Shown: piece by piece, positions 15,911 through 24,762 of the stretch
How positions within the stretch are numbered: position 1 is the stretch's first letter
How the letters are laid out: every line of letters begins with the position of its first letter
From: Desulfosudaceae bacterium
GTDB taxonomy: Bacteria > Desulfobacterota > Desulfobacteria > Desulfobacterales > Desulfosudaceae
Reading direction: 5' to 3'
NCBI GenBank assembly: GCA_046483615.1
Contig: JAWOCW010000294.1
Span: forward strand, 1-39,134
DNA length: 39,134 nt
Program-made: the position numbers and the translations under genes
Notes under the pieces: model-generated
Told to the model about the DNA's origin: nothing
Seen by the model: only the letters and a program-made list of their open reading frames with translations
Database searches by the model: none

Positions 15911-16780
15911 ATGCATTACGAAGGAAACATGATCCGCCCGCCCAGCGAGGCATACAGCATCCTGCTGCAGGCCACCGTGGGCTGCTCCCATAATAAGTGC
16001 ACTTTCTGCGGCGCTTACAAGGGTGTTCGCTTTAAAATCAAGTCGGACGAAATCATTATGGCGGATATTGATTTCGCGGCCCGCTATTGCCGCCATCAGG
16101 ACCGGCTCTTTATCTGCGACGGGGACGCCCTGATTATTCCCCAGAAGCGTCTGCTGCCGATTCTGGAGGAAATTGAACGCAAACTCCCCTGGGTCAGGCG
16201 GGTGGGTGTTTACGCCAACACCAAGGGTTTGAAAATGAAGTCAGCCGAAGAGCTGGCCGAGCTGCGGGCCCATGGGCTGAAGATCGCCTATATGGGCCTG
16301 GAAAGCGGCGATGATGAGATTCTGAAAAACGTGAATAAGGGCGCCACCTCCGAAACCATGATCGCCATGGGCCGGAAGGCCCGGCAGGCCGGCATTAAAC
16401 TGTCCCTGACGGTATTGCTGGGGCTGGGCGGACGGGAGCGGTCGGAAATTCACGCCCGGGAAACCGGCCGGGTGCTGACTGCCATTGATCCCGAGTACGT
16501 GGGCGCTCTCAGCCTGATGCTGATCCCGGGAACCCCGCTTTACGAGGAATATGAAGCCGGTCGTTTTCCCATTCTGACTCCGGATGAGACCTTGCGGGAG
16601 CTGCGCACCATGATCGCCCATACTGACCTGTCAAACGGTTTGTTTCATGCCAATCACGCTTCCAATTATCTGCCCATTAAAGCCAACCTGCCGCGGGACA
16701 AGGAAGCTTCTTTGGAACTGATTGACCGGGCGCTGGCCGGGGAGATAGAGCTGAAACCCGAACATATGAGAGCCTTGTAG
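15911..16780 (+). CDS. Radical SAM superfamily protein with CX4CX2C cluster spacing, unknown function
   Basis: The cluster motif is GCSHNKCTFCG. The TIM-barrel-type core includes YMGLESGDDEIL. AGGAGA RBS lies before ATG 15911. Confidence 0.85.
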   Translation: MHYEGNMIRPPSEAYSILLQATVGCSHNKCTFCGAYKGVRFKIKSDEIIMADIDFAARYCRHQDRLFICDGDALIIPQKRLLPILEEIERKLPWVRRVGVYANTKGLKMKSAEELAELRAHGLKIAYMGLESGDDEILKNVNKGATSETMIAMGRKARQAGIKLSLTVLLGLGGRERSEIHARETGRVLTAIDPEYVGALSLMLIPGTPLYEEYEAGRFPILTPDETLRELRTMIAHTDLSNGLFHANHASNYLPIKANLPRDKEASLELIDRALAGEIELKPEHMRAL

Positions 16781-16860
16781 ATAAAGCTGTTTTTAAAGCA
16801 GTCGCTGCCAGAGATTTTAACAAACTACGAAAACATCAAAATTAATCAGGAGAGATCCGA

Positions 16861-18894
16861 ATGGGGAATGATTCCGCCGGGCAAAACCCGGCCATTGACG
16901 ATCTTTGTATCAACACCATACGCTGCCTGGCCATCGACGCCATTCAGAAAGCCAATTCCGGTCATCCCGGCGCGCCCATGGGACTGGCGCCGGCCGGGTA
17001 CGTGCTCTGGACCAGAATAATGAATCATAATCCCAGGCAGCCGGACTGGAGCAACCGGGACCGTTTTGTTCTTTCCGGCGGCCATGCTTCCATGCTGCTG
17101 TACAGCCTGCTGCATCTGACCGGATATCCGCTTTCAATGGAAGACATCAAGCAGTTCCGCCAGCTGGGCAGCAAAACCCCGGGGCACCCCGAATACGGGC
17201 TTACCCCGGGCGTGGAGACCACCACCGGTCCACTGGGTCAGGGATTTGCCAACGCCGTCGGCATGGCCATCGCGGAAAAACACCTGGCCGGGATTTTCAA
17301 TCGGGATGATCTTGATATTATCAACCATTATACCTACGTTATCTGCGGCGACGGTGATCTCATGGAGGGGATTTCCTACGAGGCCGCTTCCCTGGCCGGT
17401 CACCTCGGGCTGGGAAAACTGATCTGTCTTTACGATGACAACGATATCTCCATTGAAGGCAGCACCGATATCACCTTTACCGAAGACGTGGCCGCCCGTT
17501 TCCAGGCTTGCCAGTGGCAGGTCCTGCAGGTGGAGAACGGTGACAACGCCGAAGCCATTTACACGGCCCTGCGGACCGCCCGCAACGAAACCGGCAAACC
17601 GTCCCTGATCATTTTAAAAACCCATATCGCTCATGGCAGCCCCAATAAACAGGACACCGCTGATGCCCACGGCGCTCCCCTGGGCGAGGAAGAGGTGGCT
17701 CTGACCAAAAAACACCTGGGATTCCCCCCGGACAAACATTTTCACGTCCCGGAAGAAGCTCTGGAGGTTTTTCGCAAATGCCTGGATAAAGGAGAGGCCG
17801 CGGAAAAAGAGTGGATGGACAAATATGATCGTTACAAACAGTCTTATCCCGAACTGGCCGACCAGTGGATTAACGCCATTACCAATTTTCTGCCGGCTGA
17901 ATGGGATGAGACCCTGCCGGATTTCCGGGCTGATGACGGCCCGATGGCGACCCGGGCGGCTTCGGGCAAAGTGCTCAACCGGGTCGCGGAGCTGGTACCG
18001 TCTCTGGTTGGCGGCTCAGCGGACCTGGCGCCGTCCAACAAAACCCTGCTGGCCTGTTGCGGCGAATTTCAGAAAGATTGCTGCGAACAACGCAATTTTC
18101 GTTTCGGCGTCCGGGAACACGCCATGGCCGCGATCATGTCCGGCATGTGCCTGCATGGCGGGCTGCGGCCGTACGGCGGCACCTTTTTAATTTTTTCCGA
18201 TTACATGCGGCCGGCCATCCGGGTGGCCTGCCTGATGAAGCTGCCCCTGATTTACGTTTTTACTCATGACAGCGTTGCCGTGGGTGAAGATGGTCCCACC
18301 CATCAGCCTGTTGAGCAGCTGGCAGCGTTACGCGCCATACCGGGCATGACGGTGATCAGGCCGGCCGATGCCACGGAAACGGCCGATGCCTGGCGCCAGG
18401 CCCTTAATAATAATTCCGGTCCGATCTGCCTGGCCCTGAGCCGGCAAAAACTGCCCGTGCTGGATTCCGCCAAAACCCGGGGGCAGCTGGCCAGCGGCGC
18501 TTACGTCCTGGCAGATTGCCCGGAGCAGCCCGATATTATTCTCATCGCCACCGGAGCGGAAGTGCACCTGGCCCTGGCGGCCAGGCCGCTTTTGAAGGAA
18601 AAACAGGTTAACGCTCGGGTGGTCAGTATGCCCAGCTGGGAATTGTTTGAAAAAACGTCCTTGACCTATCAGGATTCGGTTCTTATTCCCGGTATTCCCA
18701 GGCTGGCGGTGGAAGCTGGTTCTTCGCTGGGATGGGAACGTTACACTCTGGACCGGTGGGCCATGGTCGGCATTAACCGGTTCGGTACCTCGGCTCCCGG
18801 CGGAGAGGTGCTGGCCACATACGGTTTTACCCCGGAAAATGTCGTGGCCCGGGCCATCGCGGTTTTAAAAGGCGGGGAGGGGAAGGCGCGGTAA
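16861..18894 (+). CDS. tkt: Transketolase
   Basis: 677 aa with SGHPGAPMG, the ThDP motif GDGDLMEG and [28 protein letters not shown]. Confidence 0.95.
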   Translation: MGNDSAGQNPAIDDLCINTIRCLAIDAIQKANSGHPGAPMGLAPAGYVLWTRIMNHNPRQPDWSNRDRFVLSGGHASMLLYSLLHLTGYPLSMEDIKQFRQLGSKTPGHPEYGLTPGVETTTGPLGQGFANAVGMAIAEKHLAGIFNRDDLDIINHYTYVICGDGDLMEGISYEAASLAGHLGLGKLICLYDDNDISIEGSTDITFTEDVAARFQACQWQVLQVENGDNAEAIYTALRTARNETGKPSLIILKTHIAHGSPNKQDTADAHGAPLGEEEVALTKKHLGFPPDKHFHVPEEALEVFRKCLDKGEAAEKEWMDKYDRYKQSYPELADQWINAITNFLPAEWDETLPDFRADDGPMATRAASGKVLNRVAELVPSLVGGSADLAPSNKTLLACCGEFQKDCCEQRNFRFGVREHAMAAIMSGMCLHGGLRPYGGTFLIFSDYMRPAIRVACLMKLPLIYVFTHDSVAVGEDGPTHQPVEQLAALRAIPGMTVIRPADATETADAWRQALNNNSGPICLALSRQKLPVLDSAKTRGQLASGAYVLADCPEQPDIILIATGAEVHLALAARPLLKEKQVNARVVSMPSWELFEKTSLTYQDSVLIPGIPRLAVEAGSSLGWERYTLDRWAMVGINRFGTSAPGGEVLATYGFTPENVVARAIAVLKGGEGKAR

Positions 18895-18918
18895 GGTAAG
18901 GTCGGACAGGCGGCCGTT

Positions 18919-20259
18919 TTACGGGGCGGCCAGCTCTTTCAAGCGGGTGATGGTTGCCCGGGAAAAATCGTCCGGAGCGCAGGGGAAGATGGCGTTGTTG
19001 GTGAAAATCGGGTCGGCTTCCAGGTCGTAGGGGGAGCAGGCAACTGCCGCCGGCCACAGGGCCGTGTGCGGAATGGGCGAGTAGTAAGCCGGGATCGGGG
19101 TCAGGCCGGCCTCTTTCACGATGCCGATGGAAGTTTCCACCGTCTCCAGAGCCTGGCCGGGCAGGCCCACCAGCAGGTAAGCCCCGGTCTGCCGGCGGGA
19201 AAACCCGGCCTGTTGCAGACAGTTGACGGCCCGGAAAAATTCCTCCCCGGTTACCTTGGCATCAAATTCCCGGCGGCGGTCGAAAGCGGCGGTTTCCAGT
19301 CCCAGGCGGATCGTTTCAAACCCGGTTTTTTTCATGAGAGAAGCGGTGACGCTGTTAATAGAGCCGATATGCAGGGCGTTGGGAGTGTGGAAACGCAGGG
19401 GCAGATTTTTGCGGATGAGTCGCTCCGCCAGGGGCACGAAATGGCGCTCAGCGTCAATCAGCAGGGCGTCGTCATAAAACACAAAATCACGGACTCCATA
19501 AGCGTGGTGCCAGTACTCGATGTCTTCCACGACCCTGGCCGGACTGCGCCGGCATCTTTCCGGGTTTAGAAAGCTGGAGGCGCAGTAAGGGCAGGCAAAG
19601 GGGCAGCCCCGGCTGGTCAGCAGGGGGATATAGTTAATATGGTTTTGCAGGTCAAAGGCCGGCCGGGGCCAGTTATCGGGGTCTTTTGCATCATAGTCAT
19701 AAACCGGATCCGTCCCGGTATGACGGGCAATCAGGGGGAGAATGTCCTTTTCAGAGGCGTGAACGGCAATCTCATCGGCGGCGCTGTTGGCGGCGGCGTG
19801 GTCGGCGCATAAAGTTGGATAGATGCCGCCCAGGATGACCGGTACCCGCGGAAAAACCTGTTTGATCAGCCTGATGGCTTCTTCCGCGCCGGGATACCAG
19901 TAGGTCATGATTGAGGTGACCAGGACCAGGTCGGGGCGGGGCAGGGCCCGCAGATCTGCCAGGAACCATTCCGGATCGATGCCGTAGCGGCAGAAATGGC
20001 GCGGCAGATGAGCCAGACCGGCCGGTTTGGGCAGTCGGCTTTTGCGATAAGGTCCTCTTCCAAACCGGGCCACCGGGTCGGGCGGGGTTCCGGCGCGGGG
20101 GTGGAAGCGGTCAGCGCAGTCAAGATAAAAGACTTCGCAGCCGTGCTGGCGGAGCAGACCGGCCAGAGAAAGCAGTCCCAGCGGTTTGGACCAGAAGTCG
20201 TAGGCGGCGAAGTCGTGGATCCAGGGGTTAACGCAAAGTATGGTCGGTTTCTGGCTCAC
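18919..20259 (-). CDS. B12-binding-domain radical SAM protein, unknown substrate
   Basis: The N-terminal Rossmann-like region is TILCVNPWIHDFAAYDFWSKPLGLLSLAGLL. The cluster motif is TSRGCPFACPYCAS. GTG start at 20259. Confidence 0.85.
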   Translation of the reverse strand: MSQKPTILCVNPWIHDFAAYDFWSKPLGLLSLAGLLRQHGCEVFYLDCADRFHPRAGTPPDPVARFGRGPYRKSRLPKPAGLAHLPRHFCRYGIDPEWFLADLRALPRPDLVLVTSIMTYWYPGAEEAIRLIKQVFPRVPVILGGIYPTLCADHAAANSAADEIAVHASEKDILPLIARHTGTDPVYDYDAKDPDNWPRPAFDLQNHINYIPLLTSRGCPFACPYCASSFLNPERCRRSPARVVEDIEYWHHAYGVRDFVFYDDALLIDAERHFVPLAERLIRKNLPLRFHTPNALHIGSINSVTASLMKKTGFETIRLGLETAAFDRRREFDAKVTGEEFFRAVNCLQQAGFSRRQTGAYLLVGLPGQALETVETSIGIVKEAGLTPIPAYYSPIPHTALWPAAVACSPYDLEADPIFTNNAIFPCAPDDFSRATITRLKELAAP

Positions 20260-20264
20260 GTTCG

Positions 20265-20297
20265 CCCGAATATTTCATGAATTTTTTTTGAAAAGAA
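20265..20297. repeat. Partial inverted copy of the right arm of the 156-bp repeat
   Basis: CCCGAATATTTCATGAATTTTTTTTGAAAAGAA matches the reverse complement of 10312-10343 apart from one extra T. It sits 6 nt upstream of the GTG start of the B12-radical SAM gene. Confidence 0.7.
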
Positions 20298-20339
20298 TTA
20301 CTTTCCTGATCATTATTATCGAAGCCGACCTTTTTTTGA

Positions 20340-20819
20340 TCAGTCATCTTCATCGTCGAAGTACTGCATGGAAGTTTTTTTCAGCTCTTGGCGACTGAAT
20401 AAAACGGCGTAGGTCTCAATATCCGCTTTTTCAGCCATCCGGCGGGTGGTTTCCAGGCATTTTTCCTCGCTGGGAGCGTGGACCATGGTATACAGGTTAT
20501 AAGGCCAGTCAGGGGCCGGATCACGTCGATAGCAATGGCTGACCGCTTCAAAGGACGCCATTATCCGACCGGTCTGGTGGACGCGCTCTTCGGCTACCTG
20601 CCAGGCGACCATGGCATTGGCGGTAAAGCCGGATTTCTGGTGTCGGAGGGTGGCCCCGAAGCGCCGGATAACCCCCCGTTCGCACAGAGCCGTCAGGGCT
20701 TCGATGAATTCGTTTTCGGAAATGCCGATCTCTTCAGCCATTTGCCGGTAGGGACGCTCGGTGACCGGGATATCACCCTGTACGGCGGCCACGATTTTTT
20801 TCTCCAAGGCGGATAACAT
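20340..20819 (-). CDS. AsnC/Lrp-fold protein of the siroheme decarboxylase family (NirD/L/G/H, AhbA/AhbB-like), single copy
   Basis: 159 aa. ERPYRQMAEEIGISENEFIEALTALCERGVIRRFGATLRHQKSGFTANAMVAWQV is typical of this family. Confidence 0.75.
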   Translation of the reverse strand: MLSALEKKIVAAVQGDIPVTERPYRQMAEEIGISENEFIEALTALCERGVIRRFGATLRHQKSGFTANAMVAWQVAEERVHQTGRIMASFEAVSHCYRRDPAPDWPYNLYTMVHAPSEEKCLETTRRMAEKADIETYAVLFSRQELKKTSMQYFDDEDD

Positions 20820-20859
20820 AGGTCGATTTATACCCGGGGCGCCGGCGATGTCAAGTTTT

Positions 20860-22185
20860 TTATGCCTTTGTCGACCGGCCCGGTCCGCCCGGAAAGGTCT
20901 CCGTTATAAGCAGGGCGCAGCCCAGGACCGCCAGCGAAGATATAAACAGGATCAGCAGCAGGGTGGTATAAGCTTCCGTGGAATAACCGCCGGCGGCAGT
21001 CCGGCCGGAGACGTCCAGCACGCGCCCCAGCAGGGGCATGTAAACCGCCCCGCCCACGAAGGGGAAGAGGTTGACCGCGCCCACCGAGGTCCCGGCCATG
21101 GCCACCGGAAAGAGTTCCTTGGTGGTAGTAAAGCCCACGATGACAATGGCGGAGGCGCTCAGCGCGAAAATAAAAAAGAGGGCGTACAACGCCGGCCGGG
21201 GCAGGCCGGCGGGATGCAGGTAAAGAAAGAGCATTTCCGCCGATAAAATGAGCCCGCAGATAAGAAACGGTTTTTTGCGGCTTCGGAGCAGGCGGTCGGA
21301 GACAAAGCCCATCAAGGGGCTGCCGATAATCATGCCCCAGGCGATCATGCCCAGGACCGACCCGGCCTCCGCCCGGCTCATGCCGTAGACGTGCATCAGG
21401 TAGGGACCGCCCCAGAGGCCGCCGAATCCGAAAAAGATGCCGCAGTCAAAAAAGAACCAGACGGCCACGGGCCAGAAACGTTTGTCCCGGAGCACCCGGC
21501 CCAGGCCGGCCAGCAAAGGAACGGCCGTCGGCGAAGCGGACTTCTCAGCCGTCGTTTCAAATTCCTGGATGGCCGGCCAGCCTTTTTTCCGGGGATTGTC
21601 GCGTACCACCAGCCAGGCCAGCGCCGCCACCACCAGGGTGCCCAGGCCGATCATCTCGAAGGAAAACCGCCAGCCCAGGGAGGTGGCCATCAGCCCCAGC
21701 AGCCAGGTCCCGGCCAGCACGCCCAGGCCGCCGACGGAGTTGAACATGCCCGCCATGGAGGCGAATTCGTTTTGCCGGAACCATTGGGACAGAATTTTCA
21801 TGGTGGGAATAAAAACCATGGACACGCCAAATCCCACCATGATCCGGGCGGCAAAGGCGACCTCGATGACGGGGGCCAGCCCGAACAGGACGCTGCCGGC
21901 GGCGGCAATCAGCAGAAACAGGCTGACCGTTTTGCGTGGTCCGATGGAGTCGGCCAGCAGTCCCGCCGGCAGCTGCATGAGGGCGTAGCAATAGAAATAC
22001 AGGGAAGCCAGCAGCCCGGTAATACTGGCCGAGGTTTCAAAATCGCGCACCAGGTCGTCGGCCACCACCGACAGGGAGAGCCGGTGAAAATATACCAGGA
22101 AGTAGGCGATGCCCAAAATCAGAAAAATATACCAGCGATAAAACGCCAGTTGGCGTGGCAATGGGCGGAAGGGCTTGTTCGACAT
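20860..22185 (-). CDS. MFS transporter (12 TM)
   Basis: 441 aa. The N-terminal part FHRLSLSVVADDL...LPAGLLADSIGPRKT resembles the MFS signature loop. Repeated hydrophobic segments throughout. Confidence 0.9.
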   Translation of the reverse strand: MSNKPFRPLPRQLAFYRWYIFLILGIAYFLVYFHRLSLSVVADDLVRDFETSASITGLLASLYFYCYALMQLPAGLLADSIGPRKTVSLFLLIAAAGSVLFGLAPVIEVAFAARIMVGFGVSMVFIPTMKILSQWFRQNEFASMAGMFNSVGGLGVLAGTWLLGLMATSLGWRFSFEMIGLGTLVVAALAWLVVRDNPRKKGWPAIQEFETTAEKSASPTAVPLLAGLGRVLRDKRFWPVAVWFFFDCGIFFGFGGLWGGPYLMHVYGMSRAEAGSVLGMIAWGMIIGSPLMGFVSDRLLRSRKKPFLICGLILSAEMLFLYLHPAGLPRPALYALFFIFALSASAIVIVGFTTTKELFPVAMAGTSVGAVNLFPFVGGAVYMPLLGRVLDVSGRTAAGGYSTEAYTTLLLILFISSLAVLGCALLITETFPGGPGRSTKA

Positions 22186-22224
22186 CAGATTATTTTTTTT
22201 GTTAAGGGGCTTTTAAGAGACTGA

Positions 22225-23430
22225 TCAACCGATATTCCGGGATGCCCCGGCTGTTTCCGAAGCCTCCCCGGAACTGCCGGGCAGTGACTCTATCTTTTCG
22301 AAAACCACCTGGTTGCGGCCGGCCTCCTTGGCCCGGTAAAGGGCGTCATCCGCTTTTTTTAAAAATGATTCCTTGGTGTCGTTTTTGCCGGGAACGCAGG
22401 ATACGGCCCCCAGACTTATGGTGGCGCAAAGAGACTGGTTTTGGTAGGTCAGACGCATTTTTTCGATTTCCGCCCGGATCGTTTCCGCTTGTTCGCGGGT
22501 CTCTCGGGCCTCGCTGTTAAGCGTCAGAACCAGGAACTCTTCGCCGCCGTATCTGGCGATAATATCGGTCTCCCGTTTCATGATGGAGCCAAGCAGCGCG
22601 GCGAGTTCTCGCAGAAACTCGTCTCCTGCCGGGTGACCGTAAGTGTCATTGATCTGTTTGAAGAAATCGATATCACCGATGATGAGCGAGATGGGGCTGG
22701 CGTTTCTGACCGCCGCCTTCCACTGCCGGGTAAACATCTCGTCAAAATACCGCCGGTTGTAGAGTCCGGTCAACCCGTCCGTCCGGCTCAGTTTTTCAAT
22801 TTCTTCGGATTTTACTTTCAGGAGGTGTTCATTTTCAAGCGCGTTCCAGTATTCCCGGCTGCCCCGAAAAGAGATAATCGGCAGGTAGACGGCGTACAGT
22901 ATGAACAAAAAGGCCAGTATCAGGTTTATCTTCAGCAGAAACATGGTGATAATGGCCGGGCTCAGCATTAATATGATATAGAGCACGGAAACGTGCCAGG
23001 CCGGGAAAAAAGCCACGCTGCCTCCGGCCGCCAGGCCGGCCGTGGCCGTCAGCATAATCATCTGGGAAGGGGCTTCTTCCGGGTGAAGCATGAAATACGC
23101 GGCCCCGGCTCCCCATAACAAGGCGGTGGCATACACGCTTAAAAAAAAGGCCTGGTAAGAAAATTTTTTGCTGAGGCGGTAGATATGCCGGAAAAGATAA
23201 AACTGGGTCAGACGAAAGGACGCGATAAGCGTCATGGCCACGGCAAAAATAACAGAAAATTCCAGATGCCTCTGGTAAAACTGGTTAAAAAGAAGAATCA
23301 GGGCGGTGATTATGAGATAAAAATACATTCCCGGCGTCGCGCGTTGTTCAAGATCCTCCAGTACCCGCCGGTTTATTTTATACCTTTTGAAATCCATCAG
23401 TTGATCATACAGGAGTTTTACCAAAAACAC
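22225..23430 (-). CDS. Membrane-anchored diguanylate cyclase (GGDEF)
   Basis: About 6 N-terminal TM segments followed by DGLTGLYNRRYF. The active site is RYGGEEF, with the RETD I-site 5 residues upstream. Confidence 0.9.
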   Translation of the reverse strand: MFLVKLLYDQLMDFKRYKINRRVLEDLEQRATPGMYFYLIITALILLFNQFYQRHLEFSVIFAVAMTLIASFRLTQFYLFRHIYRLSKKFSYQAFFLSVYATALLWGAGAAYFMLHPEEAPSQMIMLTATAGLAAGGSVAFFPAWHVSVLYIILMLSPAIITMFLLKINLILAFLFILYAVYLPIISFRGSREYWNALENEHLLKVKSEEIEKLSRTDGLTGLYNRRYFDEMFTRQWKAAVRNASPISLIIGDIDFFKQINDTYGHPAGDEFLRELAALLGSIMKRETDIIARYGGEEFLVLTLNSEARETREQAETIRAEIEKMRLTYQNQSLCATISLGAVSCVPGKNDTKESFLKKADDALYRAKEAGRNQVVFEKIESLPGSSGEASETAGASRNIG

Positions 23431-23535
23431 GAATATTTTTGCTGTTCATCCTGTTGGCCCGGTCCTGATTTCCGGCTTGATTTTCGGCCCGGGCCAAACT
23501 GCCCCGGAAAGACATGACCGGCAATTTTTCCGCCC

Positions 23536-24153
23536 TCATGCCGGATATTTCACGAGCTGACAGGCAAGTTCCCTGGCTTTTTCCATGGGAAGTTTACTCA
23601 TATTCAGGACCAGGTGATACAACATGGCCTGGTCATAATCCTCTTTTCCGAATTTCCGGTACAGATTCCGCCGTCGTCTGCCGTGAACGCGGATTGTGTT
23701 TTCCGCCTGCTCCCGGGTCAGCTGGTAGTTTTTCATCATAAAGCCGATCCGGTCTTCCCGGGTGGCCACCAGCAGAAGATGAAAAGTTTCGGGGTGATCC
23801 CGCAGGACATACTGCCCGCCGCGTCCCACGATGACACAATCACCTTCCTGGCCCAGTTCGGTTATGATTTCGGTCAGGGCGTTGACATAAACCGCTTCAT
23901 CAATATAGCCCCTGGAGTCATTCAGGACGCGGTTGATCTGCTTTTGGGATATGAGATAATTCATGAACTTTAAAAGGGAGCCGCCGGCTTCCTTTTCAAT
24001 TGATTTAACCGAGTCTTTGGAAACCTTGACGCGTTCGGCGACCATCTGCACAATATCTTCATCAACCAGGGTATATCCCAATTCTTCAGCCACCATTTTT
24101 CCCAGGGTCCGACCACCGGCACCGAATTCTCTGGAAATCGTGAAAATCGCCAT
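23536..24153 (-). CDS. Cytidylate-kinase-like family P-loop protein
   Basis: The N-terminus is MAIFTISREFGAGGRTLGKMVAEELGY. AAGGAG RBS. The last six codons (..VKYPA*) overlap the CCGGATATTTCACGAG motif. Confidence 0.8.
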   Translation of the reverse strand: MAIFTISREFGAGGRTLGKMVAEELGYTLVDEDIVQMVAERVKVSKDSVKSIEKEAGGSLLKFMNYLISQKQINRVLNDSRGYIDEAVYVNALTEIITELGQEGDCVIVGRGGQYVLRDHPETFHLLLVATREDRIGFMMKNYQLTREQAENTIRVHGRRRRNLYRKFGKEDYDQAMLYHLVLNMSKLPMEKARELACQLVKYPA

Positions 24154-24232
24154 AATGTTTTCTCCTTTTTAAACGACCAGTTGTCTTTTATGATGAGGTT
24201 GAAAAACAAGTAACACATTTCAGCTACAAGGA

Positions 24233-24712
24233 TTATTCCTCCAGAAGGGGACCGATATCGGGGTGCTTAGATATTATGCGGACGAACTGCTCGGTGCGCA
24301 GGTCCAGCCGCCGCTGCACAATCTGAATCAGTTGTTTGTGAATCAGGTAGCCCATGTGCGGGTCCTCCTCCATCAAGCGAAAGGCTTCGCCCGTGTCCAG
24401 GGTGAAAACGACGGATCTTTCCGCGCAGACCGCGTCAAGCCGCAGCGGTTCATTAAGCATGGAGGACCAGCCAAAGGAAAAGCCCGGTTTGATGGAAGCA
24501 ACGGATACCGTGATTTTATCGGAAATTCTTTTTTCCAGCAGGACCTTGCCGTCATGTAACATGTAAAAAATATTTTTGCGGTCCCCTTCCCGGAAGAGCA
24601 CCTCGCGTTCGTCAAAATGGTGTAATTCTATGAAAGGCAGAATCTTATCCAGCATGGCATCGGTAAGATCTCCCATAATGCGGATTGAACGCAGTGAATC
24701 CCTGGTTGGCAT
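24233..24712 (-). CDS. Stand-alone cyclic-nucleotide-binding (CAP effector) domain protein with no output domain
   Basis: 159 aa. FDEREVLFREGDRKNIFYMLHDGKVLL...IKPGFSFGWSSML...RLDAVCAERSVVFTL fits the CAP_ED fold, with FGW in place of FGE and RLD in place of R(S/T)A. Confidence 0.7.
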   Translation of the reverse strand: MPTRDSLRSIRIMGDLTDAMLDKILPFIELHHFDEREVLFREGDRKNIFYMLHDGKVLLEKRISDKITVSVASIKPGFSFGWSSMLNEPLRLDAVCAERSVVFTLDTGEAFRLMEEDPHMGYLIHKQLIQIVQRRLDLRTEQFVRIISKHPDIGPLLEE

Positions 24713-24762
24713 TTATCCCCCTTGCCGGTTCGGTCGGCAGCGGACCGGAACCGGTCAACAGA

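Noticed and set aside
18919-20259. AhbC or AhbD (alternative heme synthesis radical SAM enzymes)
   Set aside because: The protein has an N-terminal B12-binding-type domain that AhbC and AhbD lack, so the assignment is not supported.
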